A DNA stretch of 64,000 nucleotides, taken from a virus. Taxonomy: Duplodnaviria > Caudoviricetes. A program made the position numbers and the translations under genes. Below the pieces are notes generated by a model. That model was not told where the DNA came from. It was given only the letters and a program-made list of their open reading frames with translations, and ran no database searches. Of this stretch, positions 61,779 through 64,000 are shown piece after piece. The DNA lies in the IMG/VR virus record IMGVR_UViG_3300033121_002140, positions 17,962-81,961 of that record; one strand, given 5' to 3'. Positions within the stretch are counted from its first letter, which is position 1, and each line of letters starts with the position of its first letter.

Positions 61779-61785
61779 TAGGTAT
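61779..61785 (-). promoter_or_regulatory. Putative late-promoter heptamer
   Basis: ATACCTA 5 nt before ATG 61773. Confidence 0.6.
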
Positions 61786-61786
61786 G

Positions 61787-62854
61787 TCAGCCGTGCAGGG
61801 CCAGGTAGCGCCCGGTCAGGTCGACCACGAGGGCGTCCAGGCGCTCCATGTCAGGCTCGTCAGGCAGGGTCGAGGCCTCGTACAGCGCCCCGCACTCCGC
61901 GTCCAGCGCCTTGGCCTCGGCGACCAAGACATCATAGGGCATGCTGCCGTGGAGCTTGATCGCCAACAGCTCCTCCGCATCGGGCCGACGCACGATCACG
62001 CCCTTGCCCTGCAGGATCTCACGGCACATGCGCATGAGCCTGAGCAGGTGGGAGCCGTGCTTCGTGTCGTAGCCAAAGCGACGCTCGAGCTCGGCCCGGG
62101 TCGGGTTGCGCTTCCGCTCCCAGTCCCTGTGAGCGTCGCACTCGTCCATCCGGGACTTGTACCGACGCTCCAGCTCCAGCAGCCCAAGGAAGTTCTCGTC
62201 GTAGCCGATGGTCCGGCCCGCGGCGCGCCATGCCGAGTCGGACGCGGTCGTCATCTCGGCCAGGGTCTCGGTCATGAAGGACGTGAGCACGATCCTCATG
62301 GCCGGACTCAGGCCCGTCATGTCCCTGAGGTTCCACTGCGCCAGCTTCTTCTCGATCGCGGCCTGGGCCGCCGCGAGCTGGTTGGCAGGGATCACGGTAC
62401 GCTCCGGCAGGCCCATCTCCGTCCGGGTGGGGCGAACGGGCGCGCCCTTGAGCAGCCATCGCCTGTGACGTTCAATGCGACCAAGCTGGCTCTTCGCGTA
62501 GCCCGCGAACGTGAACCGGGCCATGCGCGTGATGAACAGGTCCCGTGCCTCCCGCAGGAGGGCGCCAAACGGGTCGCAGACCAGCACGTCCGAGTCCTGC
62601 ACGAACATGACCTCGATCACGTTCGGGTTGCACTCGCTCAGGAGCCGCACGAATTTCCGCAGCGAATACACGACCCGATCCTCGGGCTCCTTGCGCTCAT
62701 CCTGCTCGAATTTGTGCAAAAAGCCCAGGTGGTACTCCCTGGACTCGATGCAGACGCCCTTCAGGTCCAGGTCGCTCGTCGGGGTCGCCAGACCGTAGGC
62801 ATGGCTGCCGTGACGTGCCAGGTAGATCGTGCGTGCGTCGACGTCGAAGCCCAT
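61787..62854 (-). CDS. Predicted nucleotidyltransferase (Nuc-transf/YcgL-like)
   Basis: HGSHAYGLATPTSDLDLKG, YSLRKF, NPNVIE, GYDTKHGSHLLRL. Confidence 0.88.
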   Translation of the reverse strand: MGFDVDARTIYLARHGSHAYGLATPTSDLDLKGVCIESREYHLGFLHKFEQDERKEPEDRVVYSLRKFVRLLSECNPNVIEVMFVQDSDVLVCDPFGALLREARDLFITRMARFTFAGYAKSQLGRIERHRRWLLKGAPVRPTRTEMGLPERTVIPANQLAAAQAAIEKKLAQWNLRDMTGLSPAMRIVLTSFMTETLAEMTTASDSAWRAAGRTIGYDENFLGLLELERRYKSRMDECDAHRDWERKRNPTRAELERRFGYDTKHGSHLLRLMRMCREILQGKGVIVRRPDAEELLAIKLHGSMPYDVLVAEAKALDAECGALYEASTLPDEPDMERLDALVVDLTGRYLALHG

Positions 62855-62860
62855 GCCTTG

Positions 62861-62889
62861 ATGCTACACCCGACCTGGGCAGGTCTACA
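62861..62889 (-). promoter_or_regulatory. sigma70-type promoter, leaderless
   Basis: TGTAGA-N17-TAGCAT-N6-ATG. Confidence 0.7.
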
Positions 62890-62901
62890 TCGCAAGGCGG
62901 A

Positions 62902-63360
62902 TCAGCCGCCCTGGGTCCCGCCTGCCCTGGGCCTGGGCTTGCGCCGCCGAAGACCGTCGGGCACGGAGGTGGCATCGTCGGGCACGAAGTCCTCGTGATA
63001 GTAGGGCGCGTGCGGGTCGGGCCACGTGAACAGGCTGACGCAGCCGTCGACCGTGCCGATCCCGGCACTGTAGCCCGGGAAGTCATCGATGTGGAGCTGG
63101 ATGCCGTGCTCCTGCACCAGGACGGCCTTGCACATGTCGCCGTGCGCGTTCCAGTCGGCGCACAGGATCCGCTCGGGCTCCACGTGAAAGCCGTTCGCGG
63201 CCAGGAGCCTGCCCGCGCGCTCGCGGTCGGACATGTCCGTGAGCACGTACACCTCGGCGCCGCCGTCGTCCAGCGCGCGCATGAGTTCCCGGAAGAGCGC
63301 CGGGTTCTTGGACAGGACGCCGCCGATGTCGAAGGAGACCCTGAGCTGTTTGGTGCTCAC
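62902..63360 (-). CDS. HAD-superfamily-like protein
   Basis: VSFDIGGVL, VYVLT, LHIDD; GTGA coupling. Confidence 0.65.
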   Translation of the reverse strand: MSTKQLRVSFDIGGVLSKNPALFRELMRALDDGGAEVYVLTDMSDRERAGRLLAANGFHVEPERILCADWNAHGDMCKAVLVQEHGIQLHIDDFPGYSAGIGTVDGCVSLFTWPDPHAPYYHEDFVPDDATSVPDGLRRRKPRPRAGGTQGG

Positions 63361-63746
63361 TGCAGCCACCTTAACGCGATGCCGTTGCACAAGATGTGCA
63401 ACGTGTTGTCGGCGATGATGAGGAGCCAGACCGCGAGCCAGGGCGGACGATCCTTGTGGTAACCCGTCATGGAGCACTCCGACCAAGGAGCGTAGGCGCC
63501 GCCCACCGCGTTCTTGCCCCAGCACACGAACCGCGCCAGTCGCCACCTGTCGATGATGAAGTGTGTGATGACGATGAAGGCCACCGCCCAAGGAGCTGTC
63601 GTGATGAAGAGGAAGGGCACCGCGTACGACAGTGCGTGCAAGGCCGCGGCGAGCGACCGCTTCGTCTTTTCTGTCGCCATCCAGTCGCTCTGGATGAGGT
63701 AGTCGCCCACCAAGTGGGCCAGCAGCTGGTCAGCCGTGATGAACAT
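63357..63746 (-). CDS. DUF3307-like membrane protein
   Basis: AHLVGDYLIQSDWMA.EK, HALSY, THFIIDRW, DNTLH. Confidence 0.85.
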   Translation of the reverse strand: MFITADQLLAHLVGDYLIQSDWMATEKTKRSLAAALHALSYAVPFLFITTAPWAVAFIVITHFIIDRWRLARFVCWGKNAVGGAYAPWSECSMTGYHKDRPPWLAVWLLIIADNTLHILCNGIALRWLQ

Positions 63747-64000
63747 CAGTAGCCCTCCTCTGCGATCCTGCGCGTGTTGCGTTCTGTCTTCTTCTCGTAG
63801 GCCGCGAAGAACTCGTCCAGGGAGACGCCCGCCAGGACCGCGACCTCGACGATGAACTTGAAGGCGTCCACCAGCTCCTCCAGGAAGGCGGCGCGGTCGA
63901 GCTCGGGCACCTCGGTGGCCCGGTGCAGCTTCGCGTTCTTCAGGTGGTCGACGGCCTCGTGCAGCTCGTGGCACGCATCGTACGCGATCTCCTTGACGAG
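63746..64000 (-). CDS. All-alpha dNTP pyrophosphatase (dimeric dUTPase / T4 gp56 dCTPase-like), 5'-partial
   Basis: Manual translation: ELHEAVDHLK.AK.HR...FLEELVDAFKF...FFAAYEKKTERNTRRIAEEGY*. Confidence 0.75.
   Translation of the reverse strand, partial: LVKEIAYDACHELHEAVDHLKNAKLHRATEVPELDRAAFLEELVDAFKFIVEVAVLAGVSLDEFFAAYEKKTERNTRRIAEEGY

Noticed and set aside
76-62998. Long plus-strand ORFs (e.g. 76-924, 3040-4119, 7449-8633, 12174-13418, 16003-17178, 46206-47783, 50762-51955, 59380-60618, 61520-62998)
   Set aside because: They are antisense shadows of well-supported minus-strand genes in high-GC DNA, with no motifs and Arg/Gly/Pro/His-rich composition
1-64000. CRISPR array, tRNA genes, rRNA, DGR template/variable repeats
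   Set aside because: No regularly spaced direct repeats, cloverleafs other than the tmRNA ends, rRNA or reverse transcriptase seen by eye; a tRNAscan/CRISPR scan would be needed to exclude them fully
1-64000. Alternative genetic code (stop-codon reassignment)
   Set aside because: Conserved genes are uninterrupted in code 11, and TGA, TAG and TAA all serve as stops at coupled gene ends

Overview
This window looks like an internal segment of a large (jumbo-type) high-GC dsDNA bacteriophage genome, not a bacterial chromosome. It holds about 110 tightly packed genes, almost all on the minus strand, with frequent ATGA/GTGA/TGATG stop-start overlaps. It carries a family-C DNA polymerase (dnaE), a 5'-3' exonuclease, an endolysin, a holin-like protein, nucleotide-metabolism genes, several free-standing homing endonucleases and a complete tmRNA (15301-15662) that the ORF track does not show. 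Two systems stand out. (1) A probable cytosine hypermodification pathway: a thymidylate-synthase-fold enzyme with the dCMP-specifying Asp, a dNMP kinase, a T4 beta-glucosyltransferase-like enzyme, a UDP-glucuronate decarboxylase, a UDP-sugar 4-epimerase and a dCTPase/dUTPase-like enzyme. Together these suggest xylosylated or L-arabinosylated 5-hydroxymethylcytosine DNA. (2) A late regulon marked by an AT-rich heptamer (A/C)TA(C/G/T)(C/T)TA just upstream of start codons. Many of its products share an amphipathic 'LRxxV/IRxxLxE' peptide that may be a capsid-targeting, protease-cleaved tag. Tagged proteins include NUDIX, nucleotidyltransferase, nuclease-like, ADP-ribosyltransferase-like, SOD and Dps proteins. 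Also notable are an MBD4-like glycosylase, a GNAT-Thg1 fusion, catalytically degenerate nitrilase and PCD homologues, leaderless sigma70-type promoters, and a family of small SH3-like paralogues, two of which are frameshifted. All family assignments come from motif recognition by eye. No searches were run, and the host cannot be determined from this window.
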